DNA of 61,447 nucleotides from Perkinsus olseni (Eukaryota): NCBI GenBank assembly GCA_013115125.1, contig JABANN010000149.1, positions 1 to 61,447 of the forward strand, read 5' to 3'. Shown piece by piece: positions 40,520 to 51,449 of this stretch (position 1 is its first letter; each line of letters starts with the position of its first letter). The notes under the pieces were generated by a model. It saw only the letters and a program-made list of their open reading frames with translations, ran no database searches and was not told where the DNA came from. The position numbers and the translations under genes were made by a program.

Positions 40520-40960
40520 CTTGAACAGGTCTATGCAACAGACGTGTCGGAAGCCGTGGCGTTTCACCAGTTGCTCCGGCAGTCGAGAATTACCGCATCC
40601 GACCATCAGCACCTACCAGTGGACGAAGCCTAACTGCCGATTCTGACTACTATCGTATGACGTCATGTATGGCATCAGCTGATGGCGGGAACTTGACGAT
40701 CTCTGCATACTCCATGTACCAATCGAAGAACCTCAAAGGCCTGCACACGAGAAATAGTCCTCCTCCGCGACCCCACTTAGAAGTCGAGAATGCGCAAACA
40801 ATTTCAATGGCCCCGCAATGGTCCGAGTGCACCATCATTTGCCGCTGCCTTCACCATAACCTTCTCTCTCGAAACGGTCACCTCATGGTTCCTTATTCAT
40901 GTAGAGAATCATTCGTCGGGACCATCGGGGAGTAGAAGGCCACCACTGCGAAGAGTATGC
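40520..40960 (-). pseudogene. Partial duplicate of the methyltransferase 5' exons
   Basis: About 40521-40780 is a close direct repeat of about 37227-37485 (FFDWYMEY and VLMVGCGNSRL exons). I could not find the DLIIEKGTLD exon downstream. Confidence 0.7.
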
Positions 40961-42351
40961 TCTTCCCGCCAGCGGATTTAACCACTGCACTGAATCAGGT
41001 ACACCACAGCGTGGGACATCATGCACGAGCAGCCATGTTGGTGTCAGACAGTAATGACGAATCGCTTGTATCACTCCTCGATCCATCGGTCTGCCGTCCC
41101 AACCCTCTCCCTTTGCTCCGAGATGTGCATCTGCAGCATTTTCAAAAGCGAAATGGAGATTGCTCCCGACAAGTGGGCCATCGGACATAGTGGTCGCTGC
41201 ACATTCTGATCAAGTAACCCGAGTCACCGCTCGCACGGCTTACGCAATGAAGAGTGTGCCTAGCACCAGTATAGCTCCACCGAACATTGCGGGTATGGAC
41301 TTCGAGTAGTCAGTACTAAAACAAACGTATGCACACGCGGAGGACTTGGTGGCAACGTTTACACCTTATGTTGCAGTTTATCGATCGGAACCTGGATTGT
41401 GTTCCCGTGATGGCGATGATGGGTGTTACTGCGACAACCCATGCCGCAGCGGGCCTTAGCAGCGCAACCTGATACGAAGAGTCCCAAGCGAATAGTCCCA
41501 GAGAAAACGACACTGATCTACATACGCCAGTGACATCTCCAGTCTCACAAGATTCACACTTGGGTGCCCTGAACGAGGGATCGAAGGGTCCATCGTCTCG
41601 TGACCGTTCATCCGCACTCGCAACGTCATAGACATCCGGATGTCTGTGACGGTGAGCCCCAAAACTAGTCGGCTGACCGAGCTGGTAATGGTGGTGAAGT
41701 AGAGGTTGCTGACAAAGAATCACATTCGGAAATGAAAGTGAAGACCTCCACGGGAGTAGCTTGCGTCTCACCGTTCCAACGCTGACAGCTGGGCACTGTG
41801 CTCCCGACAAGCTCGCATCCGCTAGATTATGAGGACAACTGGTCAAAGTATGGCCGACCATGAAACATCAAATAACAAGGCTGCTGAACTACTGGAGTCT
41901 ACAGTATGTCATTTGGAAATTCATTCGGCGCAAAAGGCATGCCATTGAGGGTTTGCTCCAAGCTGGGGCCCCTAGCCCGGGAAAGACTCTTCTCCAGCTA
42001 ACGCTTCGACGAAGTGGTATCTTATGCGCCGTTGTTTTATAGCCATGGGTGTAACGCAACGCAAGATTGACCACATAAGGGAAGACTCCGATCCAGCAGC
42101 ATTCGTTGCTATTGTTCCATCTGTGGAGTTTGCCTGCTTCATAATAGGATTAGGAACTAGCAGCGTGGATCCGTCCCGTCACTGGCACGAGGCACTTGCC
42201 CCACCGCGGCAAACTCCCAGAGGGGGCAGATAAGGCCAAGAAGGAGGTTGCAATGCCGCCTTCCCGGCGAAAAAGTAATGGCAGCCAACGAGAATACAGC
42301 TTGCTGAAATCTGCAGTACATAACATTGTTCTGAGGCTGTTCAAAGTCAGA

Positions 42352-43647
42352 TTACTCTCTTTGCCCCTTGTGATACGTGAGTCGTGTGAGCATCGATATG
42401 ATAACAATACTAACAATGATTTGGGAGAATGCCAGCGGAATATGCAGACCATCATAATGGTGAAGATTACACCGAAATTCTCTCGACCGGGCGAAGTGAA
42501 CAAGAACCGTCGAGCATATGCGAGCAAGTACACTAGCATAGACTTCTAGTTTCCAGCTCTCGGCCAGGTGACGAGAGGCATCTGGACTGCCCACGAAAAG
42601 AGCAAATACGCTACCCACTAGGCGAGGATGTGCCGCTACAATGACCGCCGTTGCGAAGCATCCAGTAACACAGGTAGCTAGCGTAGAAGGTAGAGTCGAG
42701 AGAACCACTACCCTCAATAGAAATGGGACTCCACTGAGGTTGCATGCTGGGGCCCTCGACAAAGGCATCACGCTGTCATCAAAGTCACGATAGCTGCCAT
42801 GGAGGTGACGAATATGTGCGAGGAGAGCATCTCGATCAGACGATAACGAACATTTCAGCTTCTCCGCTCTCATAGATATGCCTGCATCTGTAATGCCTCC
42901 ACATACAGGATGGTATCGGCCAATAACAAACGATGCATTGAGAATTGAGAAAACGGCGTCGATGAGTAGAGCGGGAGTAGAATCATCCAGCAGATCATGA
43001 CCAACCCAGAATACAATCGATGTGGTGAAGTAAAAAGCAGCAAGTTAGATGCTGCGTAGGGCCCAAATCTCAACTTTATCAATCCCATGTTGCTTCACGA
43101 AGACGGCAAGCTCAAACATGCACCACAGACGGGACTCCAAGGCATCGTCCCACATCGACACAAACCTCTTCGAGCAAGCGAGGTACTCGGGTATGGCCTC
43201 GATGCACTTGGCCTTCTCACGAGGATCGTCTTGCGGTATACAACAACGATCAAAGAACATTCGAGAGGGGCTTGAACGACGTCCCCATCGTAAGCAAAAT
43301 AACAAAATGGTACACGATATGGTGATACACGAAAAAATTCGGGCTTGACAGAAATGGCGAAGAAGCCAGCAGCCCAGTAACGAGAGCATGACCGCCCTCT
43401 CCGTGTTGTAGCGTATAGCGAGTGCAGCAATCTTCAAGAGACTGCTTGTTCCCCAAGCATGACTCAGGAATAGATCGAAGTGTTCAGTCAGCGTAACCTT
43501 CATGCTTAGAGGGTCCCATACTTGAGAAGCAACATCGAAGAAACTCCAGGGCCATTCCCACAGGAGCTGTCCCAGTTCAATCGCACGAGCTCCGCTCATG
43601 GGTGCCATCGACTGGCTGCTCGGGACGGAGGACTCCAGCGTGCTCAT
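42352..43647 (-). pseudogene. TIR-like multi-pass membrane protein, copy 2, with an in-frame nonsense codon
   Basis: ATC TAA CTT at 43045-43047 aligns with ATC GAA TTT in copy 1. The frame then continues without a stop to 42352. Confidence 0.8.
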
Positions 43648-46381
43648 CGACGGGTCCGCTTGCAGTGGAGGAACTGAACACTACTTGGGTAAGACCAATG
43701 GAGCCTGAATTCCGGCCCGTAACACAACTCATAGACAAAACAGCGAAGCATTATAAACTTATAAGCCCAGGAAGACGATGATGAGCCGGAAGTCCCGAGA
43801 ACGTCAACATGCAGAACCCTGGTTATAGGAAGTAGCATACAGTGTCACTGCCAGTGATAACGAGATGGCAAGTCTGAGACCGAGACGAGTGGTACTGTGC
43901 CTCTGGCTAACTCAACTTTATCATATATTTCTCTCTTTCTCATCGAATATCGACCGGCAATCCGCCACGAGCAGATTATCCACTTTCGTTTGCTTGTTCA
44001 TTCATGTCGCGTCCAGCAAGATTCCGACTCAGATCACCTGAGTCAGGTGTACAAGATTCCATCCTCACCCAGGCCCATCCTCGGCCCAGAATTCCTCCAA
44101 GCCTTGAAGCAAGCAGCCTCCTCGAGCCGCATCACTTCCGTGGCCTCCACGATCACCTTTGGCCTCACAGCTGGAGGCGATACCGCGAGAAATACCTGAT
44201 CCGACTTGACAGCGGACAGTTGCTTGGGTGAAAGGATGGTGAACACCCTCGCTTTACACCCTCGCTTTTCCGGTGGAAGACCGATACTCCCACCTGCAAT
44301 TAGCGCTACTCATCCTTCCGTGATGGACTCCGGTTAACCCATCCATCACTACAATGTCGACCCCTCCGTAATGATCATTATGTGCATCATACCATCCGAG
44401 AAGAACAGCGCAAATTCTCCAGGACTACTCGTAGCAGTACCAGTGATCCAACTCGATCTCCAACTTCAACCGAATCCACGTAGCAGCAGTGATCAGTCCC
44501 ACCCTTGACGCGTCCACTCACTCCATAGAAGCAGGGGTGCGGCACCAGCCAGGAGCGGCCATGGCAGTGGACTAACTTTGAGGAAGTCCTTACATGCAAC
44601 TTACGACGACACATTAACGAAAACTGAATGACAACACGAGCCTTCAACAAGTGACACGAGGAAGCCAGTATCGAATGTTACGAAGGCTAAACTAGTGATA
44701 ATTATTAGACGTGAGCAACCGCTGCCGTCTCGCTCAGCTCTCCATCTTCTCCCGCTCTTCTTTAGTAGCCGGCCTTGTTATTGGGTGCAGCATACTCTGA
44801 AATGGCAAGAGTCACTGATCCGATCTCCGTGGCCTCTGATGTTGGACACCGCCCAGCGGACGCCTCTTCCCTCGCCATTATCGCCCACTCACCATGAGGC
44901 AATTATATCTGACCCTGACGATCGGTTCATTCTCACATATAGCTATATAAGCCAACCTAGACTGATGCCCCACATGCGATGCCATCGTATCCCTACGCAG
45001 ATGATGCTGCTGCTGCTGAAGGCAAGGCGGACGATGTTTCCACTACCTGTGGATCGTGGTAGCCCACTCGTAGCGACCCATTTCAGCATGACCAGTACCA
45101 GGGTAGCGCATCTGCAGGCAGCAGCAGATTATGCGGAAGTAGTGATTACATCGCCCTATTACATGAAGATGGTCTAGCTGAGCGTGTATGTTGAAGCCTT
45201 CGTAGACTTGAGACATTCTATCGAGATCCCAACAACAGGAAGAACACAGAGCTGAGTACAGAATGCTCCGCGAAGCGATAACCTCCCTCCCCTCAACCTG
45301 CGTGGACTGAACACAACGCTCACCCCGAAATATGTCATCCTCTTTATACAGGCCCTCTAGTATTTACGGCGCTCTACTGATGTGCCTCCTCTTCAGCAAA
45401 TATTAGACGTCGTCGGTTTCCGACTAATTACAACCCTCACAGGACCTTCGGTGTGAGCCCCAGCTTCTGATGATGTGCACGCAGCTGCGATACCTGACAA
45501 CCCATAGAATGCCTGCTACTGCCAGCCGAATAGCCATGCTCTTCACCTCTGCCTGTGACAAAAGATTATTGTAACAGCCGGGACAGATGGTCTTGACGCC
45601 TTTGCTGGTAGTGAATGAACCCTAACAACAAACATCAAATAAGTGAGACTGAGAAATCCCCTAAGACTGCAAGGGCCTCGTCTGCTTGTGACCCTCATGC
45701 TACCTTCGCTTGGCACTGCCTCACCCTGTCACATCGGAAGCACATGTAACTGAATTCACATCAAAATGGCTGCAGGCGAAAAGCCTACGAGAAATCCTCC
45801 ACAGACGACTGCCACGGATGAAGTTTTATTACTGTAGGAGTCGCTCCGACTTCTTCAACCTCAAATTCTGTTTGGTGGCCTCTTCGTCATACTCAAAGTG
45901 CGGCTGGGGATCGAACCTGCGCGATGTGAGCGTGATGATCCCTCGGCGAGGAGACGCTGCACGTTTACTTCTTCAGTAACTTGGCAGCACGGTTCTTCTC
46001 TCTGTTTGTCTTGGCTGTATGCAGAACCTCTACCAACTGACGCTTCGACAAGGAGGTATCTTTGACCATGGTGATACAGAGATATAGCTAGGACGAAACC
46101 AAAAGAATGAGAACTCCCTGGGTATTCTGCTTCAGCATTCTTGGGAAACTAAACACCAATGAGACAGGGGATCGGAAGGATACTTTGATGACACTCGACC
46201 ACATAAGTAGTCTGTTAATGTGAATGCTACACGACAATACAGCTATAGGCCACTATATCTCAAAGCGCGTAGAAACAAAAAAATAGCAGGTAATAGTACC
46301 AGAATTCCAATGGTCGAAAGACCGTGGTCTTTACAGAAGAGAGTCATACCGCTCTATCCCATTCTTGTGACAAGAATCTTG

Positions 46382-47731
46382 TCACTCCATTGCGAATGCG
46401 AGGCGTGTAAGTACCGATATAATGCTGATACTAACAAATATTTGCGAGAGAGCCATGAAAAAATGAAGGTCATCATCATGTCCCTGAAAACTAGGCTGAG
46501 CCTCCCGGGACCGAACGAAGTGAATCAAGGCTGTCAAACAGGCTGCGGCGAGAACACCTCCGGAGAGTCTATGATGCCTGCTATGCCAGGGGCATAACCG
46601 CAGAGCTCGACAACTAGGGAAGAGGGCAATTGCACCACATACCACATCCGGAAACACCGCAACGACAACGGCTGTCGCGAAGCGTCCCGTGATGAAAGCG
46701 GTCAAAGTCGATGGTATTATAGAGACTATCGTCAACCTCAACGCGAAAGGGATTCCACCCAAGTTGCCACTCAAGGCTTTCGCTAAGGGTGCAACATACT
46801 TATCGAAGTTACGATAGCTGCCATGGAGCTCCCGAATATGCGCCAGAAGAGCGTCTTGATCAGATTGCAACGAGCATTTGAGCTTTCCCACTCTATTGAC
46901 GATACCTCCCTTCCAATACCCTTCACATATCGGGTGGAAGTAGTAAATAACATATGATGTATTGAGAATAGAGAATAGCGCATCGATCACTATAGTGGGG
47001 ACACAATCATCCAACAGATCATGACCGATCCAGAAAGCTAACGATGTGGTGAAGAAGAAAGCAGCGAACTCAATGCTGCGCAGCGTCCAAATCTCAACTT
47101 TATCTAGCCCATGTCCTTTTACAAAAATTGCGAGCTCGAACATACACCATAAACGGGACTGACATGATTCATCCCACATCGACACGAACCTCTTGGAGCA
47201 AGCGAGGTACTCGGGTATGGCCTGGATACACTTGGCCTTCTCACGAGGATCGTCTTGCGGTATACAACAGCGATCAAAGAACACTCGACAGGAGCTGGAT
47301 ATACGCCCCAAACGTAGACAAGAGAAAAGAATGATGCATGACATGATAACACATAGATGTACTTGCAAACGGCAGTACCGGCAGAGAAACCAACACACCA
47401 ACCATGTTAGCACTACCGCCCTTTCCGTGTTGTAGCGTACAGCGAGTGCAGCAATCTTCAAGAGGCTGTTAGTCTCCCAAGCATGACTCAGGAATAGATC
47501 ATAGTGTTCAGTCACCGTAGCCTTCCTGCTCAGAGTATCCCATACTTGGGAAGCAACATCAGACGTCGCCCAAGGCCATTCCCACAATAGGTGATCCAAT
47601 TCGACTGCTTGGAACAAGGGCAACGAGTCGTCTTCGGAAGAGTCTAACACGCTTGAGGGATCCTCTTCGGATACACTCGACGAGGCCTCGGTTGAGCCGA
47701 ACATACGATCGTGATTGATCGGTATAATCAA
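46382..47731 (-). CDS. TIR-like multi-pass membrane protein, copy 3 (intact 449-aa ORF, possibly with further 3' exons)
   Basis: HYDLFLSHAW, a two-helix hydrophobic insert, VFFDRCCIPQDD, IPEYLACSKRFVSMWD and SRLWCMFEL, followed by several hydrophobic helices. Confidence 0.8.
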   Translation of the reverse strand: MIIPINHDRMFGSTEASSSVSEEDPSSVLDSSEDDSLPLFQAVELDHLLWEWPWATSDVASQVWDTLSRKATVTEHYDLFLSHAWETNSLLKIAALAVRYNTERAVVLTWLVCWFLCRYCRLQVHLCVIMSCIILFSCLRLGRISSSCRVFFDRCCIPQDDPREKAKCIQAIPEYLACSKRFVSMWDESCQSRLWCMFELAIFVKGHGLDKVEIWTLRSIEFAAFFFTTSLAFWIGHDLLDDCVPTIVIDALFSILNTSYVIYYFHPICEGYWKGGIVNRVGKLKCSLQSDQDALLAHIRELHGSYRNFDKYVAPLAKALSGNLGGIPFALRLTIVSIIPSTLTAFITGRFATAVVVAVFPDVVCGAIALFPSCRALRLCPWHSRHHRLSGGVLAAACLTALIHFVRSREAQPSFQGHDDDLHFFMALSQIFVSISIISVLTRLAFAME

Positions 47732-48475
47732 CCCTGGCAGTCAGACGAATCAAACCCGATACTCGATGATAACACAAGACGAATAAGCAGTGATAGAGTT
47801 CATTCGATTAGCGACTGCGGAGGGGATGGCGAGCAGCGAGTCCAAGCTTGGTAAACCGCTTAACCGGTTTTCTAGCATCCGAGCTGCCATTCCTTACCAG
47901 AACAAAGCCAGCATGATGGGCCTGTGGATATACACGATGGACGTGGATTTCTCAATGACACACGGCGCTTCCCATAGGACCTTCTCTCTAATCCCGCGTC
48001 ACCATCGTGAGCTATCGCACGCACAGCACGCGATGCTAAACTCCATGCTTCTCACGCTGGAAGGATGCAGAGGTGAGTTCTGCGATGAAAGATATGCAGG
48101 AATATATACTAGAATTCAGGTCCGCGAGGAGATCCACCGGCCTCGAACACGAACCACCCCCCCCTCCCCTCAACTAGAGTCACATAGCGCGAGTGATAAC
48201 AAGAGTGGGATGAATGTAATGAAAGCAGTGGGTGGGATCTCCAGACCAAGTATGGTGACCACAATACCCACATTTAATAATCATTGATAGAGCCCATTAC
48301 CGGGTCTTAAGGAGAGCCTGCCAAAGCTGCTCTGGTAGACAGAAACGAATGAAGCTGCGGTAAGCATGCAGGCACAGGCGCACTGCTAGACGATAAGTGA
48401 TATAAGACATGGTTTCTTAGAACCGTAGTCGCTCTGCACTGGCCGATGCAGTTGTCGCAATAGCCACAGAACCTT

Positions 48476-49486
48476 TCAGAGAGTAACCAAATTCTCGCCA
48501 GTCTGTGTATAGCGATAGAGCACGTCAATATCGACGATCTCGGTGCCGCCTTGTGGGTTCAGAGATATCATCCTGATCACACCATCGGTCGCGCATTCCA
48601 AAGATGCCCCTGTAGTGCCGATATCACAACAGGCTAGTTCCTTAGTGGAATCCACATCGACCAGCCGAAGCTTCGACCCTTCAACCATGCATAATATCCC
48701 ATCTAAATGTGGAAGGAAGCGGAAGTGCGTTCCGCCCCGAGTACTCGGGACCTTCAGTTGCGATTTAACTGCTCCAGTGTCGTCGACCGTGGCTACTACC
48801 AATTCCAATCGAGGATGTCCCTTGCAAGGGCTAAGGTAAGCAACCCTTCGCATTACTCCCCTGGCAGCGTGCTCGACATCAAAGGAATATAAAAAAACTA
48901 CTTCTTCGCCTTCCAACTTTACCTTCTCGAACTTACCGGACTCCAAGTTGATCGCGCAGAGGTTTCTACTGATACTGCGACCATCAGCACAGCCAACGTA
49001 GAGGGTGGAGCCAAGCAAGCGAGTTCTGTAAAGCGAGGCCGACTTCGGAACATCTGCTTCGATCGGCTGCATTCGGGATCCGCTGAGCTGGAAGACAGTG
49101 TTGGTGTTATCAGCATGATAGATCTTCGTCACTCCGTCAGTGCACAGCGACGACTGCCATGCATCCGAAAGTCCCGAGTCCGATTCGAAGATCACCTCGC
49201 CGGGAGCCGAGAGATCATCCTCGCTCAGAGCAACTATCTTGAATTTGCCCATCTCAGCAGAGTGTCTCAAGCCAATGATCTCTCCGTCACATTTCCCTAT
49301 GATCGCATGGATACTGGTAGGCTTCCTGGTAGCCACTCTCAACCCGCACGGTTTACGCAGGCCCAAGAAGGTCCATGTCAACGACTTGAGGCCGTCGAGA
49401 TCCATATGCTCGGCATTCAGGGCGAACAACGCATCGATCATCGCCGTATCTCCAGCCAGGCTCTCAGGTACTGTAGAAGGAACCAT
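48476..49486 (-). CDS. Intronless 336-aa hypothetical protein, beta-rich (propeller-like) with a short helical N-terminus
   Basis: Long ATG-initiated ORF with repeated short strand-like motifs (KIYHAD, TLYVGC, YSFDVE, LRLVDV, GVIRMI). The fold is an inference. Confidence 0.7.
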   Translation of the reverse strand: MVPSTVPESLAGDTAMIDALFALNAEHMDLDGLKSLTWTFLGLRKPCGLRVATRKPTSIHAIIGKCDGEIIGLRHSAEMGKFKIVALSEDDLSAPGEVIFESDSGLSDAWQSSLCTDGVTKIYHADNTNTVFQLSGSRMQPIEADVPKSASLYRTRLLGSTLYVGCADGRSISRNLCAINLESGKFEKVKLEGEEVVFLYSFDVEHAARGVMRRVAYLSPCKGHPRLELVVATVDDTGAVKSQLKVPSTRGGTHFRFLPHLDGILCMVEGSKLRLVDVDSTKELACCDIGTTGASLECATDGVIRMISLNPQGGTEIVDIDVLYRYTQTGENLVTL

Positions 49487-49679
49487 GATAAAATGCTGAT
49501 GGAGTTTCGTGAAATGACAATGCGTCGTTGGGGGCGAACGCTAATGCCTACGAAAAAGTTTGATTCAAAATTCCTTTCGCTCCGCCTAGCCAAATTTGCA
49601 GCGCTTTATCGATCAGCCGATCGATAATCTCTCACCCGATTTCATACTCGTGTTCGAATATTGTAAATGAATTGCCATC

Positions 49680-49767
49680 TGGGTATGATGATTAGATTTT
49701 CCCGCTGATCTTACTCAGCCGTGGGGATACTCCAATCTTTCATGTCAAGCTCAACAGATCTGACCCA
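49680..49767 (+). ncRNA. Box C/D snoRNA 1
   Basis: C box atgatga at 49685, D box ctga at 49760 and terminal stem gggt/accc. The guide tcaagctcaacag is complementary to the conserved LSU rRNA sequence CUGUUGAGCUUGA. Confidence 0.88.
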
Positions 49768-49785
49768 AATTGGAAGTGCAATACA

Positions 49786-49878
49786 TGTCGTTGATGAGTT
49801 ACCATTGTTACACACTCTGACACCGGACTCCTCGGAGTTGAGGGTGGAGATAAAACTTTAGCGGATTTCGCTGAGGCA
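49786..49878 (+). ncRNA. Box C/D snoRNA 2 (double guide)
   Basis: C box ttgatga at 49791, D' ctga at 49817 and D ctga at 49871. Guides ttgttacacact and ttagcggattt match adjacent parts of the LSU sequence AAUCCGCUAAGGAGUGUGUAACAA. Confidence 0.88.
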
Positions 49879-49891
49879 CTTTAATGCCTGA

Positions 49892-49974
49892 TGAATGATG
49901 ATTTAACGCCTATTGCTAACCCATGTCTTCCGACTACTACGTGGGGTGGAACTGCGTCATTTATCTGACATTCA
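49892..49974 (+). ncRNA. Box C/D snoRNA 3
   Basis: C box atgatga at 49895, D' ccga, D ctga at 49965, with complementary ends tgaatg/cattca. The guide ctaacccatgtc matches LSU GACAUGGGUUAG. Confidence 0.85.
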
Positions 49975-49987
49975 ACTTCAATGTGCA

Positions 49988-50063
49988 TGCATGTGATGAC
50001 TGAAAAATCGCTATACCCAAGTCCCTGATTCTTGATGAGACTTTTGCACGTCAGTCTGATGCA
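49988..50063 (+). ncRNA. Box C/D snoRNA 4 (double guide)
   Basis: C gtgatga at 49993, D' ctga at 50025, C' ttgatga at 50032, D ctga at 50056 and a tgca/tgca stem. Guides ctatacccaagtc and tttgcacgtcag match LSU GACUUGGGUAUAG and CUGACGUGCAAA. Confidence 0.92.
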
Positions 50064-50509
50064 CTCACTGTTATTTCCGGCTATGTCTGCTTTGCCGCAC
50101 TGCGTCCTCTCATGGTGTCTCTGTGGCTTTGCGGATGACTTCGGCCGGTAGATTGATCGCACTTTGAGCATCATCGGCGTTTTGCCGACGTTCATGTGCA
50201 TGCGTGAGCCTTAAGTCCACCATCATGTGTTCCCTCCTCTTCACTGTAGGGTAAGCGGAACACACCGCCGGTTAGACGCTGTCGTTATTGATGGTGATCG
50301 AGTCATACTTGCGCTATACCCTACCTTTACCCAAGGATAATTGCCGTGGTTGCTTCGAGTCAACCTAACGGTCCAGACACCTTGGAAAATTACTCAGTTT
50401 CTCCAGCGCTGGGGGGTTTGGCTGCCTCGTGCAGTTCCACATCCTCTCACGCCGCTTCCTCTTGTGGTAGAGTTTGAGCAGTTCATGGGTTTGCTACAGC
50501 TTTGCTGTT

Positions 50510-50592
50510 GTCGCCTGTGATGACTACTTTTGATTGGTAGTGAGAATTCTTCTCGCTTGTGACCACTTCTATTTGTTTTGATTGCTGAGACA
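50510..50592 (+). ncRNA. Candidate box C/D snoRNA 5, target not recognised
   Basis: C box gtgatga at 50517 and D box ctga at 50585 with typical spacing, inside the cluster. Confidence 0.55.
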
Positions 50593-50599
50593 AAAGGAT

Positions 50600-50730
50600 T
50601 AAGGCACTGTAACGCTCGCGCGGTATCTATCTGAGGGTACTAGTGCATTTCCCAACTGTGCCATAGCGAACTGTGTATGCTTACCGAGGTTGCCTCCTGT
50701 GGCAACCAAGGTCCTTAGTACTCAGATATC
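50600..50730 (+). ncRNA. Candidate H/ACA-like two-hairpin RNA, copy A
   Basis: Near-identical to 50843-50973. It has a ggcac...gtgcc hairpin, a hinge, a second hairpin with gttgcc/ggcaac, and an ATA tail. Confidence 0.5.
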
Positions 50731-50842
50731 TCCAGGATTCGCTTGAATTATTGTTTGGCTCTCGGTCAGTGTCCTCATTCGGTATCAACCCAGCATGAGT
50801 TCACTCAATCAGTCCGTGCTCGAGTCAGACGTTTAGACTGTT

Positions 50843-50973
50843 GAAGGCACTGTAACGCTCGCGCGGTATCAAACTGAGGGTACTAGTGCATTTCCCAACT
50901 GTGCCATAGCAAACTGTGTATGCTTACCGAGGCTGCCTCCTGTGGCAGCTAAGGTCCTTAGTACTCGGATAAC
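50843..50973 (+). ncRNA. Candidate H/ACA-like two-hairpin RNA, copy B
   Basis: The hinge atagca fits ANANNA. The stem ggctgcc/ggcagct shows a compensatory change relative to copy A. Confidence 0.55.
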
Positions 50974-51190
50974 TTCAGGAGAAGTAGTCTCAAGATTCAA
51001 CCCTACCTGGGCACTGCCTAGTGGACAGGAGATTGTTCTCATTCCGAGTTCAACTGGAGTATCCCTGCATGTGTGCCTGTGAGCGTGTGAGTGAACTGGA
51101 ATCACACTAGCTGGTATCAGTTTTTTGACTCTTGACACGAACAGGTGATATGATAATTGTGGTGCTCTCAAAACGACAGTCAGCATTATT

Positions 51191-51449
51191 TGCCTTCTGG
51201 GTGTGATGATTAGATTTTCCCGCTGATCTTACTCAGCCGTGGGGATACTCCAATCTTTCATGTCAAGCTCAACAGATCTGACCCATATTAGAAGTGCAAT
51301 ACATGTCGTTGATGAGTTACCATTGTTACACACTCTGACACCGGACTCCTCGGAGTCAAGGGTGGAGATAAAACTTTAGCGGATTTCGCTGAGGAAATTT
51401 AATGCCTGATGCATGATGATTTAACGCCTGTTGCTAACCCATGTCTTCC
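51191..51449 (+). ncRNA. Duplicate of snoRNAs 1 and 2 and the 5' half of snoRNA 3
   Basis: Near-identical direct repeat of 49674-49931. Boxes and guides are conserved, and the similarity ends just after the first guide of snoRNA 3. Confidence 0.88.

Noticed and set aside
43045-43047. Stop-codon reassignment as the explanation for the in-frame TAA
   Set aside because: TAA, TAG and TGA all terminate other genes here, and I saw no in-frame stops in conserved genes.
43900-45900. Possible retroelement remnant between TIR copies 2 and 3 (also 47790-48290)
   Set aside because: I recognised no RT, RNase H, integrase or gag motifs and no LTRs, so the region is left unannotated.
7065-49486. Cullin, F-box/ankyrin and propeller-like genes as a functional ubiquitin-ligase cluster
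   Set aside because: They are far apart and interspersed with unrelated genes, and F-box proteins partner CUL1 rather than CUL4.
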